This document shows, one piece after another, positions 37,807-47,612 of a stretch of DNA of 64,000 nucleotides. Location: positions 1 to 64,000 of the IMG/VR virus record IMGVR_UViG_3300032236_001850. The stretch is one strand, 5' to 3'. The notes below the pieces were generated by a model that was not told where the DNA came from, did not search any database, and was given only the letters and a program-made list of their open reading frames with translations. The position numbers were made by a program, and so were the translations under genes. The stretch's first letter is position 1. Every line of letters begins with the position of its first letter.

Positions 37807-38083
37807 AATATTATTGGAAAAGTACATATCATACCACAAGTGTCCTCGCTGTGGAAGTGGGGAAACATATCATAGTCATGCTATGGAAAATCTAGATATG
37901 AGCAAATATGGCAACGTTATTGGAATAAATCTAGCGAAGAGTCACTTTAATAAAGATGATGTGACATTGACTAAAAAAGATCTTTGTCTATCTTGCGGGT
38001 GTGAATGGGTTATGTTTATACAAAGATTAGATATGGAGGGAGAGGAACCAATGCTTATGTTTAATAGGAGTAAAGATGAGTAA
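37799..38083 (+). CDS. Zn-ribbon protein
   Basis: CPRC..CLSC. Confidence 0.7.
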   Translation: MSKILLEKYISYHKCPRCGSGETYHSHAMENLDMSKYGNVIGINLAKSHFNKDDVTLTKKDLCLSCGCEWVMFIQRLDMEGEEPMLMFNRSKDE

Positions 38084-38552
38084 TGAATTTGAAAGATACT
38101 GCAACCTGATGTATGCAGCAGGAGGTCACATGTGGACCAGTCTTAACAATGGTACAGCAATGTATCTTTATGAAGGTGAGGTTTATTACGAGGGTAGGGA
38201 TTGTTTTAAGGACGCAAAATACGGTTATCTTTATTTCATAACAAGGGATGAAGAAGGCAAAATGATAGCAAATAGAGCAGCAAAGAATTACAAACAAATT
38301 GGGCATGAGCTCACTTTGAATCTTGCAATCTATCTTCTTAGGAGAGCAGATGAAGAAGTTTACAACGTGGTTCCTGTGGAGAGAGGATTTAGAATATTCA
38401 CTCCGATTGGAACGTATCATTATTACGATGGAAACTTTTACGAAAATCGTGAGATAATAGATAGACTCTGTGTGGCATTCGAGGAGGATCTTAAAAAATA
38501 CCCACTATTTGTGGATAAAGTTGAATTTAAAAATATAGAGCACCATGGATAA
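38076..38552 (+). CDS. Hypothetical protein
   Basis: Intact ORF. Confidence 0.7.
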   Translation: MSNEFERYCNLMYAAGGHMWTSLNNGTAMYLYEGEVYYEGRDCFKDAKYGYLYFITRDEEGKMIANRAAKNYKQIGHELTLNLAIYLLRRADEEVYNVVPVERGFRIFTPIGTYHYYDGNFYENREIIDRLCVAFEEDLKKYPLFVDKVEFKNIEHHG

Positions 38553-39189
38553 AGAATTTGTATCATATGAAATTGCTGAGACTATGAAATCACTTGGTTA
38601 CGATGAACCATGCCTAGCAATGTACTCCGACGAGATTTTGGAAATGTGGCTTCAGGATCAATATAATTTCAGAAGTATCGGTGAAGAAAGCGGATTCCAA
38701 TTTAAGAATTCAATGTGGGATGACTCAAGATTCGTAGCAGCACCTTTATTGCAGCAGGCTTTTAATTGGTTTCTTGATAATTATGGTCTATTTGCTGAAA
38801 CAACACTATGGGGTGACGGTATAGGATATATGAGCTCAATCAAGGAGATAAAACAGGAGGAATTCAAAGTGGTTTATGATCTTGGATTGGCAACACCGAA
38901 TAGGGGGATTCCTAATTGGGACAAGGGGCTGGAGGATTTGGCTTGTTTGAAAAAGATAATTCAAATAGTGGGGGAAAAGAAAGATCTCGACACTGAATCA
39001 TGGAGGGTGCTGATAAATCCGATCGAGAGAGATGATTTCCTGTTATTGGTTAGATCAACTCTCCCGGATCAAAACGGAGACTTGGAGGATGGTAGGTATC
39101 AAGAAACATATAACACCAAAAATGGAACATACCAAGTTGTATGGGAAACCGATAATGAACAACCAATTGTTAGAAAACTTATAGTATGA
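38545..39189 (+). CDS. Paralog family member 2 (with C-terminal extension)
   Basis: VSYEIAETMKSLGYDEPC...APLLQQAFNWF. Confidence 0.8.
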   Translation: MDKEFVSYEIAETMKSLGYDEPCLAMYSDEILEMWLQDQYNFRSIGEESGFQFKNSMWDDSRFVAAPLLQQAFNWFLDNYGLFAETTLWGDGIGYMSSIKEIKQEEFKVVYDLGLATPNRGIPNWDKGLEDLACLKKIIQIVGEKKDLDTESWRVLINPIERDDFLLLVRSTLPDQNGDLEDGRYQETYNTKNGTYQVVWETDNEQPIVRKLIV

Positions 39190-39623
39190 CCGAAGAAATA
39201 GTAAAGTATGAAACCGCTACACTAGCTAAAGAAAGCGGATTTATTTTATCTCACCCCCTATATCTTTATGATGAAAATGGTGAAATAGTGGATACTAAAA
39301 GAAGTTTTGATTTGGCAAGCCGAACTTTTATTTTAGATTCAAAAACAATAATAGCACCCACACAGTCTCTACTCCAAAGATGGCTTAGAGAAATCCACAA
39401 CATTGATGTTGATGTTACTAGAGATAGTGAGGTTCACTATCAGGATGAAACGAGATGGATAGTTAGAGTTTCAAATTGGAATGATATTCGGATAAAGGAT
39501 TTTCCAATTGCCCAATTGAAGTTTCCAAATCATTCACATCACACAGATTTTAAATCGTACGAGGAGGCACTAGAAAAAGGATTAGTAGAAGGATTAAAAT
39601 TTATAGACAATGAGAAAATTTGA
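39186..39623 (+). CDS. Paralog family member 3
   Basis: VKYETA.LAKESGF..APTQSLLQRWLREIH..YEEALEKGL. Confidence 0.8.
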   Translation: MTEEIVKYETATLAKESGFILSHPLYLYDENGEIVDTKRSFDLASRTFILDSKTIIAPTQSLLQRWLREIHNIDVDVTRDSEVHYQDETRWIVRVSNWNDIRIKDFPIAQLKFPNHSHHTDFKSYEEALEKGLVEGLKFIDNEKI

Positions 39624-40095
39624 GAAATTAACACAGCTTAGAAATTATGTTACAAGGACTTTAAATAGGGGTCTTAAGGAGGTTCATATAGGTGATGGTG
39701 TTTGGCTTTTTGGAAGACAAAAATATGTAAAGGGTAAGGGTATGCACATGGTTGTTTATGGACCTGATCGAAAAACGGAGTATCACATTTGGGGTCAGGA
39801 TGTGAAAGACCTAGTGATCGATGATGATTACGGAAATGATGGCTACGTTAATAGAGATGGCAACAGAGCAGCAGAGTCGAAAGTGAAGATCTACATACTT
39901 ACTACCATCCTAGATAAACGCCAAAATTGGTGCTTTGATTTGAAAGTGATTCCAGAAAACGGTCCGCTTAAAGTTGTTTATTCAAATGGTACTGTTAAGA
40001 ATATAGAATTCAATGGTGTGTTTGAAAATGTACAATTGAAAAAAGATTGGGGTTACAGATACGAGGTTTCTCCTGTGGCGTATCGAATTAAATAG
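39610..40095 (+). CDS. Hypothetical protein
   Basis: Intact ORF. Confidence 0.75.
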   Translation: MRKFEKLTQLRNYVTRTLNRGLKEVHIGDGVWLFGRQKYVKGKGMHMVVYGPDRKTEYHIWGQDVKDLVIDDDYGNDGYVNRDGNRAAESKVKIYILTTILDKRQNWCFDLKVIPENGPLKVVYSNGTVKNIEFNGVFENVQLKKDWGYRYEVSPVAYRIK

Positions 40096-40102
40096 GAATT
40101 TA

Positions 40103-40134
40103 TTTTTTTATCTCGAATCTTTTATTTATATTTG
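40103..40134 (+). promoter_or_regulatory. Conserved 32-bp promoter (copy 6)
   Basis: TTTTTTTATCTCG-N11-TATATTTG. Confidence 0.85.
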
Positions 40135-40152
40135 CATAATAAAATAAAAATT

Positions 40153-40293
40153 ATGACATTTACTGAATGGTGGGCTCAAAATGGTCCGGTTTACGAAAAA
40201 GCTGGAGTTAGCGAATCAATAGCTAAAGCTATTTGGGGAGCAGCTTGTGACAACATAGAAATTGCAATGATAAAAGCTCTTGTTAAAAAATAG
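40153..40293 (+). CDS. 46-aa protein (not in ORF track)
   Basis: MTFTEWWAQNGPVYEKAGVSESIAKAIWGAACDNIEIAMIKALVKK directly after the promoter. Confidence 0.7.
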   Translation: MTFTEWWAQNGPVYEKAGVSESIAKAIWGAACDNIEIAMIKALVKK

Positions 40294-40295
40294 CG

Positions 40296-41084
40296 ATGAA
40301 GGACTTCTATCTCAAAAGCGGTGAAAAAGTAAGGCTTATTGAAAAGATAGGCGATAAAAGATTCTTGGTTGAATCCTATATGTACTACTCCGGATACGAG
40401 GGTGATGAATACGAGGATCTTTCAGGAACACAGATCGTAGTTAATGAAATATTCGAGACAGTTAATCACGTTTTTGCCAAGGAGGTTGAATTCAATAAAC
40501 AGAGACTTATTGAGATAAACAAGGAAATCTCGGATAAAAGAAAAGAGTTGCTCGACATAAAGACTGAATTGACGATCAACGAGAAAAAAAGAAATGATCT
40601 GAATAGATTGATAATTGATCGTAGCCAATTTTTGGATTGCAAGGAGTTTATAGTTTTTATAAAGGACAGGGTAATGCCAGTCAGAAGAGAAGGCGGTGCG
40701 AGAGGATTAAAGATGTCGATTGAAATAAATCTCATAACAGGTGAGCAAAGGAGCTGGGTTTACAAGATTTATGATGATTATAATTCGAGCAGTGACTATG
40801 TTGAAAAATCATCGGATATTCTTTTCGACCCAACAGAGGAGGAGATAACTGAACGCATCAAGGAAAGAATAAAATCAGGAAAATTCTCTGCAACGCAGAT
40901 ATCAATGACTGATGACAAATATCTGGATGAAGCTCAAATCAATGCTAAGCACTCAGAAATCTTGGATAGACAGATGAAAGAATATAACAAGATTGAAGCT
41001 GAGATCGCAGCAGGTAAAGAAAAATTAGATAATCTTGCTACCAAGATTAGCACTAATATAAAATGGCAAAAACAAGAAGCATGA
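40296..41084 (+). CDS. Hypothetical coiled-coil protein
   Basis: Intact ORF. Confidence 0.75.
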   Translation: MKDFYLKSGEKVRLIEKIGDKRFLVESYMYYSGYEGDEYEDLSGTQIVVNEIFETVNHVFAKEVEFNKQRLIEINKEISDKRKELLDIKTELTINEKKRNDLNRLIIDRSQFLDCKEFIVFIKDRVMPVRREGGARGLKMSIEINLITGEQRSWVYKIYDDYNSSSDYVEKSSDILFDPTEEEITERIKERIKSGKFSATQISMTDDKYLDEAQINAKHSEILDRQMKEYNKIEAEIAAGKEKLDNLATKISTNIKWQKQEA

Positions 41085-41458
41085 TAAACATAAACAACAT
41101 GAGCTACTCCGGTAGAAGCATATCCATTAGTGGTAACAAGATTATCATAGACGGCAAGGAGGTGACGGGTGATCACAAGGACACAAAAAACATCACGATC
41201 TCAGTTAGTGGGGATTTGGATTCTCTGGATGTCGACTATTGCGACAAGATAGAAATTGGTGGAAATGTCAACAAGGCAAGAACCGGCAGTGGAGACATCA
41301 ACTGTGCTAACATCACAAACGGAGCACAAACAGGATCTGGTGATATTGAATGCGAATCCATCAATGGAGACGTACAGACCGGATCAGGAGACGTAAAAGC
41401 AACAACCATCACTGGATCAGTTAGAACTGGTTCAGGTGATATTAAATACAGAAAATAA
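41063..41458 (+). CDS. Beta-solenoid repeat protein (DUF4097-like)
   Basis: Repeated xTGSGD[IV] units. Confidence 0.65.
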   Translation: MAKTRSMININNMSYSGRSISISGNKIIIDGKEVTGDHKDTKNITISVSGDLDSLDVDYCDKIEIGGNVNKARTGSGDINCANITNGAQTGSGDIECESINGDVQTGSGDVKATTITGSVRTGSGDIKYRK

Positions 41459-41459
41459 T

Positions 41460-42329
41460 ATGAGTCATTTTACAGTTATGGTTTTCGGGGATGATGCCGA
41501 GAAACAATTAGCTCCTTTCCAGGAGAACAACATGGGTGATTGTCCAGAACAATACATGGAATTTCATGATGAAACCGAGTACATTCAAAAGGAATGGGAA
41601 GGCGAGGATCAAGAAACAAAAGACCAGTATAACAACGACATCGATGCTTATGCAGACGATTATCACGGTTACAAAAAGGACGAGGAGACAGGAAAGTATG
41701 GTTACTGGGAAAATCCAAATAGAAAATGGGATTGGTACCAATTGGGCGGAAGATGGTCAGGCTTCTTTAAATTGAAACCAGGAGCAACTGGGATCGAAGG
41801 TCAAGCGGGATTATTCAGCAAAGGTGCTGAACCTGGACACGCAGATGCTGTTAGAAAATGTGATATTGATTTCGAAGGTATGAGAGCCACTGCAGAAAAA
41901 GAGGCAGGGGAAAAATACGATGGGATCATCTCCATAGTTGGTGAATCTATAAACGAGATGCACGACTGGACACACGTTAGGGAAAATATGTTTCCTGGGG
42001 ATATAGATTTAGCTAGAAACTTCTACAACTCTCAAATAGCACCAACAAAACTGAAAGAATGGAATTCTAAAAATGATCATAAAAATTCTTTTCTTAATCT
42101 GGAGGACTTTAAAACCACAAGAGAGCATTATCTTAAAAGATGTGGTGACGCAGCTTTCTCGAGTTTTGCAGTACTTAAAGATGGTGTTTGGTACGAGAAA
42201 GGTGATATGGGATGGTGGGGAATGGTCTCAGACGAGAAGGAGCAATCAGATTGGAATGCTGAGGTTGCTAGTCTGTTAGCAGATCTTCCTGAAGACACAT
42301 TAATTTCAATTTACGATTGCCACATTTAA
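41460..42329 (+). CDS. Hypothetical phage protein
   Basis: MSHFTVMV..NP..KWDWYQLGGRWSG; start at 41460. Confidence 0.8.
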   Translation: MSHFTVMVFGDDAEKQLAPFQENNMGDCPEQYMEFHDETEYIQKEWEGEDQETKDQYNNDIDAYADDYHGYKKDEETGKYGYWENPNRKWDWYQLGGRWSGFFKLKPGATGIEGQAGLFSKGAEPGHADAVRKCDIDFEGMRATAEKEAGEKYDGIISIVGESINEMHDWTHVRENMFPGDIDLARNFYNSQIAPTKLKEWNSKNDHKNSFLNLEDFKTTREHYLKRCGDAAFSSFAVLKDGVWYEKGDMGWWGMVSDEKEQSDWNAEVASLLADLPEDTLISIYDCHI

Positions 42330-42339
42330 AAACAACACA

Positions 42340-42612
42340 ATGACACAAGACAAAGATCTATTAATTTGCGACTGTAATAGCACAGAGCACATGATGATGG
42401 TTTTCTATGCAGAAGACGAAATAGGGGATAAGACATATCCAACTGTTTATATTCATATTCATCTGACCAAGAAACCATTCTGGAAAAGAGTCAAATATGC
42501 AATTAATTACATCTTTGGAAGACAGTGTAAATATGGTGCTTTTGATGAGATGATTTTAAATCCGGATGACGCACCTAAATTTGAAAAAATTTCGGAATTT
42601 CTAAAAAAGTAG
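42340..42612 (+). CDS. Hypothetical protein
   Basis: Intact ORF. Confidence 0.7.
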   Translation: MTQDKDLLICDCNSTEHMMMVFYAEDEIGDKTYPTVYIHIHLTKKPFWKRVKYAINYIFGRQCKYGAFDEMILNPDDAPKFEKISEFLKK

Positions 42613-42613
42613 A

Positions 42614-42829
42614 ATGAAAGCAAAAATAACAAAAAGTATGGCTTTAGCTATCGAGATAGGAATAGCAGAGCTTGAAAATAGCGGAATCTGGGAGGATGGT
42701 CTTTCCAAAAAGGAAATAAAGAAAACTTACAAGGGAATAGAGGAGCTTGAAATGCTTCTTAGTAAAATAGAACAAAACAAAAAGGAAAAAGAAAATGGAA
42801 AGAAAACTAGCGAGCATTCGGAAGATTAG
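42614..42829 (+). CDS. Hypothetical protein
   Basis: Intact ORF. Confidence 0.6.
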   Translation: MKAKITKSMALAIEIGIAELENSGIWEDGLSKKEIKKTYKGIEELEMLLSKIEQNKKEKENGKKTSEHSED

Positions 42830-43934
42830 TGATCTCCAGCCAATCGAGGGTGCTGACCTTATAGAATTGGCTATCGTTGATGGCTGGAAGGTTGTGGTTG
42901 CCAAAGAGGTTGGTCACAAGATTGGTAATTTTGTTATCTACTGTGAGGTTGATTCATTCCTTCCAATTAGAGAGGAATTTGAATTTCTAAGAAAAAGCTC
43001 ATATAGAAAGATGGCTGACGGGAATGAGGGATTCAGACTTAAAACCATAAAGCTTAGAGGTCAGGTTTCTCAGGGACTTATTCTACCGCTTTCCATATTG
43101 GAAGGCGAGGAAGAGGATGAAAAATTAGGGTACCTACAAACTCCTGATGGACCAATATACCAATTAGGTCCTTACGAGGGAGCTCTTGTTATTGAGGAAG
43201 GTGCTGATGTTACGGCTAAGCTTGGTATCATTAAATGGGATCCACCAATGCCTGCTGAATTAGCTGGTGTTGCAAAAGGAAACTTCCCAAGCTTCATCCC
43301 TAAAACTGACGAGGAGAGAATCCAAAATCTTGCAAAGAATTACGAGAAAATGAGATCCCAAAAGTACTATGTAACTGAAAAGCTAGATGGTTCATCTTCA
43401 ACATTCTACGTTTACAATGGAGAATTTGGGGTTTGTTCTAGAAATCTAGATCTTTGCCGTCCTGAACCTTTCGTTGAAGGCATGGTTATGTGCGAGGATG
43501 GGATAGAAAGACCTAAAAGGGAGAACACTTTCTGGAAAGTTGCAAGAGAACTTGGAATTGAGGAGAATATGCTTGATCTCAGTGGAAATCTTGCAATCCA
43601 GGGGGAAATCATAGGCGAGGGTGTGCAAGGTAATCCCTACAAGATCAAAGGTCAAACTCTTAGAGTTTACAATGCTTTTGATATTGATGCCCAAGAATAT
43701 TTAACTTTTGAAAAATTCAAGTTGACCGTTAAGGTTCTTGGATTGGAAACTGTGCCTATTATCGATGAGGATTTCACTTTACCAGAAACAATAGACGAGC
43801 TTCTAAAGTTTGCTGAGGGTAAATCAGTGCTTAATGCGTCTGCAGAGAGGGAAGGTTATGTGATTAGAAGTTTTGACATGACAACAAGCTTTAAAGTTAT
43901 ATCAAACAATTTCTTACTTAAGGAGAAAGAGTAA
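42795..43934 (+). CDS. RNA ligase, DRB0094/Rnl2-like with N-terminal OB-like domain
   Basis: RKLASIRKI..IEGAD.IE, FIPKTDEERIQN, TEKLDGSS, QGEIIG, EGYV, FKVISN. Confidence 0.9.
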   Translation: MERKLASIRKISDLQPIEGADLIELAIVDGWKVVVAKEVGHKIGNFVIYCEVDSFLPIREEFEFLRKSSYRKMADGNEGFRLKTIKLRGQVSQGLILPLSILEGEEEDEKLGYLQTPDGPIYQLGPYEGALVIEEGADVTAKLGIIKWDPPMPAELAGVAKGNFPSFIPKTDEERIQNLAKNYEKMRSQKYYVTEKLDGSSSTFYVYNGEFGVCSRNLDLCRPEPFVEGMVMCEDGIERPKRENTFWKVARELGIEENMLDLSGNLAIQGEIIGEGVQGNPYKIKGQTLRVYNAFDIDAQEYLTFEKFKLTVKVLGLETVPIIDEDFTLPETIDELLKFAEGKSVLNASAEREGYVIRSFDMTTSFKVISNNFLLKEKE

Positions 43935-44338
43935 TGTTAATCAACCCGGTTTCACCTTATAGAGAGAGGAACGATCTCAAGTTAATAATCTGGAATGGCA
44001 GGAAAGCTACATTCTTCTGTGACCAATGTGAAAAATGTAACAGTACAGAGATATCACAGATCCGATTTAGAGGAGACGATGATATGGAGATCTATATGAG
44101 TAATTCTTATCTACCGATTTCTGGAAAAGTAATGATGAGGTGTAAGGATCACAGAGTGAGCAATGACACAGTAGAGATCGAGACAATATACCATCCAAAT
44201 TACACGGAAATGAACTATGGTTGGGAAAGAAGAAGGATTCAAGCTCCTCCTATACAGGAGAATGTCATATCTCACAGTCCCGGGAGAGATAGCATAATTT
44301 TTGATAAAAATGATTTTGCATGGGTAACTCTGAAATAG
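43934..44338 (+). CDS. Hypothetical protein
   Basis: TAATG-coupled; CxxC. Confidence 0.65.
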   Translation: MLINPVSPYRERNDLKLIIWNGRKATFFCDQCEKCNSTEISQIRFRGDDDMEIYMSNSYLPISGKVMMRCKDHRVSNDTVEIETIYHPNYTEMNYGWERRRIQAPPIQENVISHSPGRDSIIFDKNDFAWVTLK

Positions 44339-44541
44339 ATTATACTAGAGTAGCAAGGATGGATAGTGATATAATCGTAATAAAACAATACAGCGATTAT
44401 GTAGGATCAACTCTAAATGATACAATCAACACAATCGAAGACTTGGAGAAAAGGGTTGCCGAATTGGAAACTATACTCAGTATGGTTAAACGCATAGACT
44501 GGACAACAGTAAAATATAAAGAGGCCGAAACTTTCCAATAG
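44320..44541 (+). CDS. Hypothetical coiled-coil protein
   Basis: Intact ORF. Confidence 0.55.
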   Translation: MGNSEIDYTRVARMDSDIIVIKQYSDYVGSTLNDTINTIEDLEKRVAELETILSMVKRIDWTTVKYKEAETFQ

Positions 44542-44614
44542 ATCTATTGTATAATATAGCATACGGGGAAATCCGAAAACCGTCAATAGAGTAGGTAAAT
44601 CAAAATTTGAAAAA

Positions 44615-45145
44615 ATGAAAAAACTTTTATTTATCGCAATTGCTTTAATCGCAATGCAAACGAGCTTTGCTCAAACATTTTCTAAAGGTGATACTTTTGT
44701 AGAGGGCACCGTTAAATTCGTATCTTCAAATGATACAAAAACTTTCGACTTCAATCCAACTGTTGGTCATTTTGTGACAGACAAAGTTGCTGTTGGGATT
44801 TCTGTTAACACAGAAAACACAAAAACTGCAGGTGTAACTACAACTGACTCTTTTGGTTTTGGTGTATTTGCTAGATGCTACTTTTTAAGAATTGGTGAGC
44901 ATTTCAACGTTCATTCGCAATTAGGCGTGAATAGTGATAAAGCAGGTGATACAAAAACTTTAAGTGCTAATTTAGGTTTAGGTGCTAACTATTTTGTTAC
45001 CAAAAACTTATCTTTAACTTTATCTGTTGCAGACTTAGCTTCTTTCAAATCTGTTAAAGATGGAGATAGCACAACTACTATTGGATTCAGTGGGGTTACA
45101 AATCCATTCGCAACACCTACATTTGGTGTGAACTACAGATTCTAA
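44615..45145 (+). CDS. Outer-membrane beta-barrel protein (Bacteroidetes type)
   Basis: Signal peptide ..SFAQ; alternating beta-strands; terminal FGVNYRF. Confidence 0.8.
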   Translation: MKKLLFIAIALIAMQTSFAQTFSKGDTFVEGTVKFVSSNDTKTFDFNPTVGHFVTDKVAVGISVNTENTKTAGVTTTDSFGFGVFARCYFLRIGEHFNVHSQLGVNSDKAGDTKTLSANLGLGANYFVTKNLSLTLSVADLASFKSVKDGDSTTTIGFSGVTNPFATPTFGVNYRF

Positions 45146-45163
45146 TAAAAAAATATTGCTGAT

Positions 45164-45194
45164 AAAAAGGACCAGTACACTGGTCCTTTTTTTT
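45164..45194 (+). terminator. Intrinsic terminator
   Basis: AAAAAGGACCAG-TACA-CTGGTCCTTTTTTTT. Confidence 0.9.
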
Positions 45195-45199
45195 GTTTG

Positions 45200-45207
45200 A
45201 ATATATA
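45200..45207 (+). promoter_or_regulatory. AATATATA(G) variant of putative late promoter
   Basis: One mismatch to GATATATA; precedes an operon of targeting-motif genes. Confidence 0.5.
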
Positions 45208-45227
45208 GAGTAAAGTATTACTTAGAA

Positions 45228-45950
45228 ATGAAATATATCAGGATATTTGAAAATTACAGCAAAGAAAATCCAACTGAGGAGGAAGTTTATTCCGATGCAG
45301 ATGAGTATTTTCTTTCACTGAATCCAGATTTGCTTCAAACCACAGGGTTTAACACATATGCACACCACATCAAATCGAGAAAGAATGTTGATTTTGAAGC
45401 ATCCTATGCTATAAATATAAAACATTTTGGTGATAAAACATCCGATGACATATTCAGAGGACTACAGGAATTTTTTGCAAAAAAAGGGTATAATTTCAAA
45501 ATGTATTCTCCTCTCTTAAACGGAGATGAAAAAAGAGTAGCTGATCTTGTAGCCAGAATTAATATGGCAAGACCCTCAAATCGAGGCGGAGAATTGGGAA
45601 GAGCTTTATGGATAAAATGCAGAAGCGGTAAATCAATCTGTTTTTATTTCTCTCCAATAGATGATCCAAATTGGTGGCCAATTTGTTTATCCATACATAG
45701 ATTTGATGATAAAAGAATGAATTCCATTTATTGGACAAGTCTTCGTGAATATGAAAGTTTCAATATGGTTTTCTGGAATAAAACAGAAGTGATTGATGGA
45801 AATTTTTCAATTGTGTATGACTATGATGAAGAAAACGAATGTACTGCCGTGTGTGATTCAGCTTCAGATTCAATTGGATACTCAGCAACAGTAAAAATAC
45901 CGGAGGGTGAGGCTGATCCGGAGGATGTTAAATACATCCATAGAAAATAG
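45228..45950 (+). CDS. Hypothetical protein with capsid-targeting-like leader
   Basis: MKYIRIFENYSKE/N. Confidence 0.8.
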   Translation: MKYIRIFENYSKENPTEEEVYSDADEYFLSLNPDLLQTTGFNTYAHHIKSRKNVDFEASYAINIKHFGDKTSDDIFRGLQEFFAKKGYNFKMYSPLLNGDEKRVADLVARINMARPSNRGGELGRALWIKCRSGKSICFYFSPIDDPNWWPICLSIHRFDDKRMNSIYWTSLREYESFNMVFWNKTEVIDGNFSIVYDYDEENECTAVCDSASDSIGYSATVKIPEGEADPEDVKYIHRK

Positions 45951-45956
45951 GAATAA

Positions 45957-46367
45957 ATGAACAAGAAACAAGAAGTTAGCGACCTGGAGGTTGCGAGAAA
46001 GATGATAAAAATACATCAAAGTGCTGCAGATAGAAAGCTAGATTTTGATTTAAGTTTAGAAACAGTTAGAAAACTATTATCATACAAAACATGTTATTAT
46101 ACAGGAAGAGAATTTGATGAGGAAGGAGCTTTCGCAAGAAGCTTTGACCGTGTGAATTCATCCAAAGGATACGTGGAAGGAAATGTGGTTTCGTGCACTG
46201 TTGATATAAACGGCAAAAAGAGCAATCTGACATTTGATGAAATATCCGCTCTATACCACAAATTAAAGCCATTAAATGAAGAACAACCTCCCGTTGAGGT
46301 TGAGGTTAAGGTAAAGAAAACAAAGCCTGCTAGAAAGAAAAAAACGAGTGTTGAAGATGTCAACTAA
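45957..46367 (+). CDS. HNH-like (beta-beta-alpha) domain protein, possibly degenerate
   Basis: CYYTG..SFDRVNSSKGYVEGNVVSC...N..K. Confidence 0.55.
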   Translation: MNKKQEVSDLEVARKMIKIHQSAADRKLDFDLSLETVRKLLSYKTCYYTGREFDEEGAFARSFDRVNSSKGYVEGNVVSCTVDINGKKSNLTFDEISALYHKLKPLNEEQPPVEVEVKVKKTKPARKKKTSVEDVN

Positions 46368-47184
46368 AAAATTTAAAGATTGGGATATAGGTGAGTCAAT
46401 CTCCCACGAGTTGGCCGATGAGGTTGCTAAGGATCTGTATGAAATACCTCTCATAAAAAAGTGGGAGGAACACAGGGCAAAAACTTTACATTTTAATGCT
46501 GGAAGATACACCATAAACATATTGAAAGGATTTAAGGTTCATGGGTACACCAATGGATTAAAAATGGCTTTCAATCTGCCAAGGGTTTTTATAAACAAGG
46601 TAAAGGAATTGGAGAAGTATTCACACTGTCACATAGCACCAGATGTTGTTTCGGATAAACTCTATATCACATTGATCGACGACACAAAATTAAGTAGCTA
46701 CGTGAGTGATTCCGATGTGGTGAGAACTTTTAAGGAGACCGGAGACATGGAGCTTGAGGTTAGATTCAACACCAACTCTAAAAGTGAAGTAAGAAAAATA
46801 TTTGAGAAATCCATAGATTTTATAATGGATGATCTTAGGGATTCGCATTACATCTTTAATGCTGACATCAGAAAAATACCAAAACTTAACGCCATCATGA
46901 AGGAACAGGTTAATGAAACCTACCGAAATATGATTGATGATCTAAGCAAGGGAGATTTGGATGCGATTCAAAATAATTACAAATTTGATTCAAATACGAT
47001 TATAGCAATGTTGGGTAGAGCTATCGATGAGGATCCTTCATTGGAAGACCAAATAAATTCCCTACCAGATGAGGCCAAGGATATATGGTTTGAAGCATTA
47101 GGAGGAAGAGGATTCAAGGTCACCAAAAATCTATCAAAATTGTTAAAATCTATCAAAATTGTTAATGCAATGAAAATGATATGA
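46357..47184 (+). CDS. Hypothetical protein with capsid-targeting-like leader
   Basis: MSTKKFKDWDIGE/S. Confidence 0.75.
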   Translation: MSTKKFKDWDIGESISHELADEVAKDLYEIPLIKKWEEHRAKTLHFNAGRYTINILKGFKVHGYTNGLKMAFNLPRVFINKVKELEKYSHCHIAPDVVSDKLYITLIDDTKLSSYVSDSDVVRTFKETGDMELEVRFNTNSKSEVRKIFEKSIDFIMDDLRDSHYIFNADIRKIPKLNAIMKEQVNETYRNMIDDLSKGDLDAIQNNYKFDSNTIIAMLGRAIDEDPSLEDQINSLPDEAKDIWFEALGGRGFKVTKNLSKLLKSIKIVNAMKMI

Positions 47185-47561
47185 TGAAAAATGTAAAAAT
47201 ATACGAGGAGTGGGATGGGGAATCCGAAGAGAATCTTGATATACTAAGGAATTATCTCGAAAATAACAAATTTAGATCCGCTTTCGATAAGGCTTTCCTA
47301 GATAGAGGTATGGAAGCTGACGTTGTTAGAGAGCCTCTTTCAGACACTGAGATCATTGTGGAATGGTGGCCATTAGGTGAAACAGTTCCCAATAAGATAA
47401 GTTATTACATTGATGATATTGCAAAAATACTTTCCGGACTTTTTGGTGTCAAGGAGGTCACATGGAGGTTCGAACCAGGTAAGGGTGTATCGAGGATAAT
47501 ATTCGATTTGAATGAACCAATAAATAGAAACATGGTCAGATTTAAAAACATGTTAATGTAG
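47181..47561 (+). CDS. Hypothetical protein with capsid-targeting-like leader
   Basis: MKNVKIYEEWDGE/S. Confidence 0.75.
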   Translation: MMKNVKIYEEWDGESEENLDILRNYLENNKFRSAFDKAFLDRGMEADVVREPLSDTEIIVEWWPLGETVPNKISYYIDDIAKILSGLFGVKEVTWRFEPGKGVSRIIFDLNEPINRNMVRFKNMLM

Positions 47562-47576
47562 TAATTAAAAAAATTC

Positions 47577-47612
47577 AAAATAACCTTAATTTTCATTAAG
47601 GTTATTTTTTTT
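47577..47612 (+). terminator. Intrinsic terminator sharing its T-tract with promoter copy 7
   Basis: AAAATAACCTTAAT-TTTC-ATTAAGGTTATTTT(TTTT). Confidence 0.8.
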
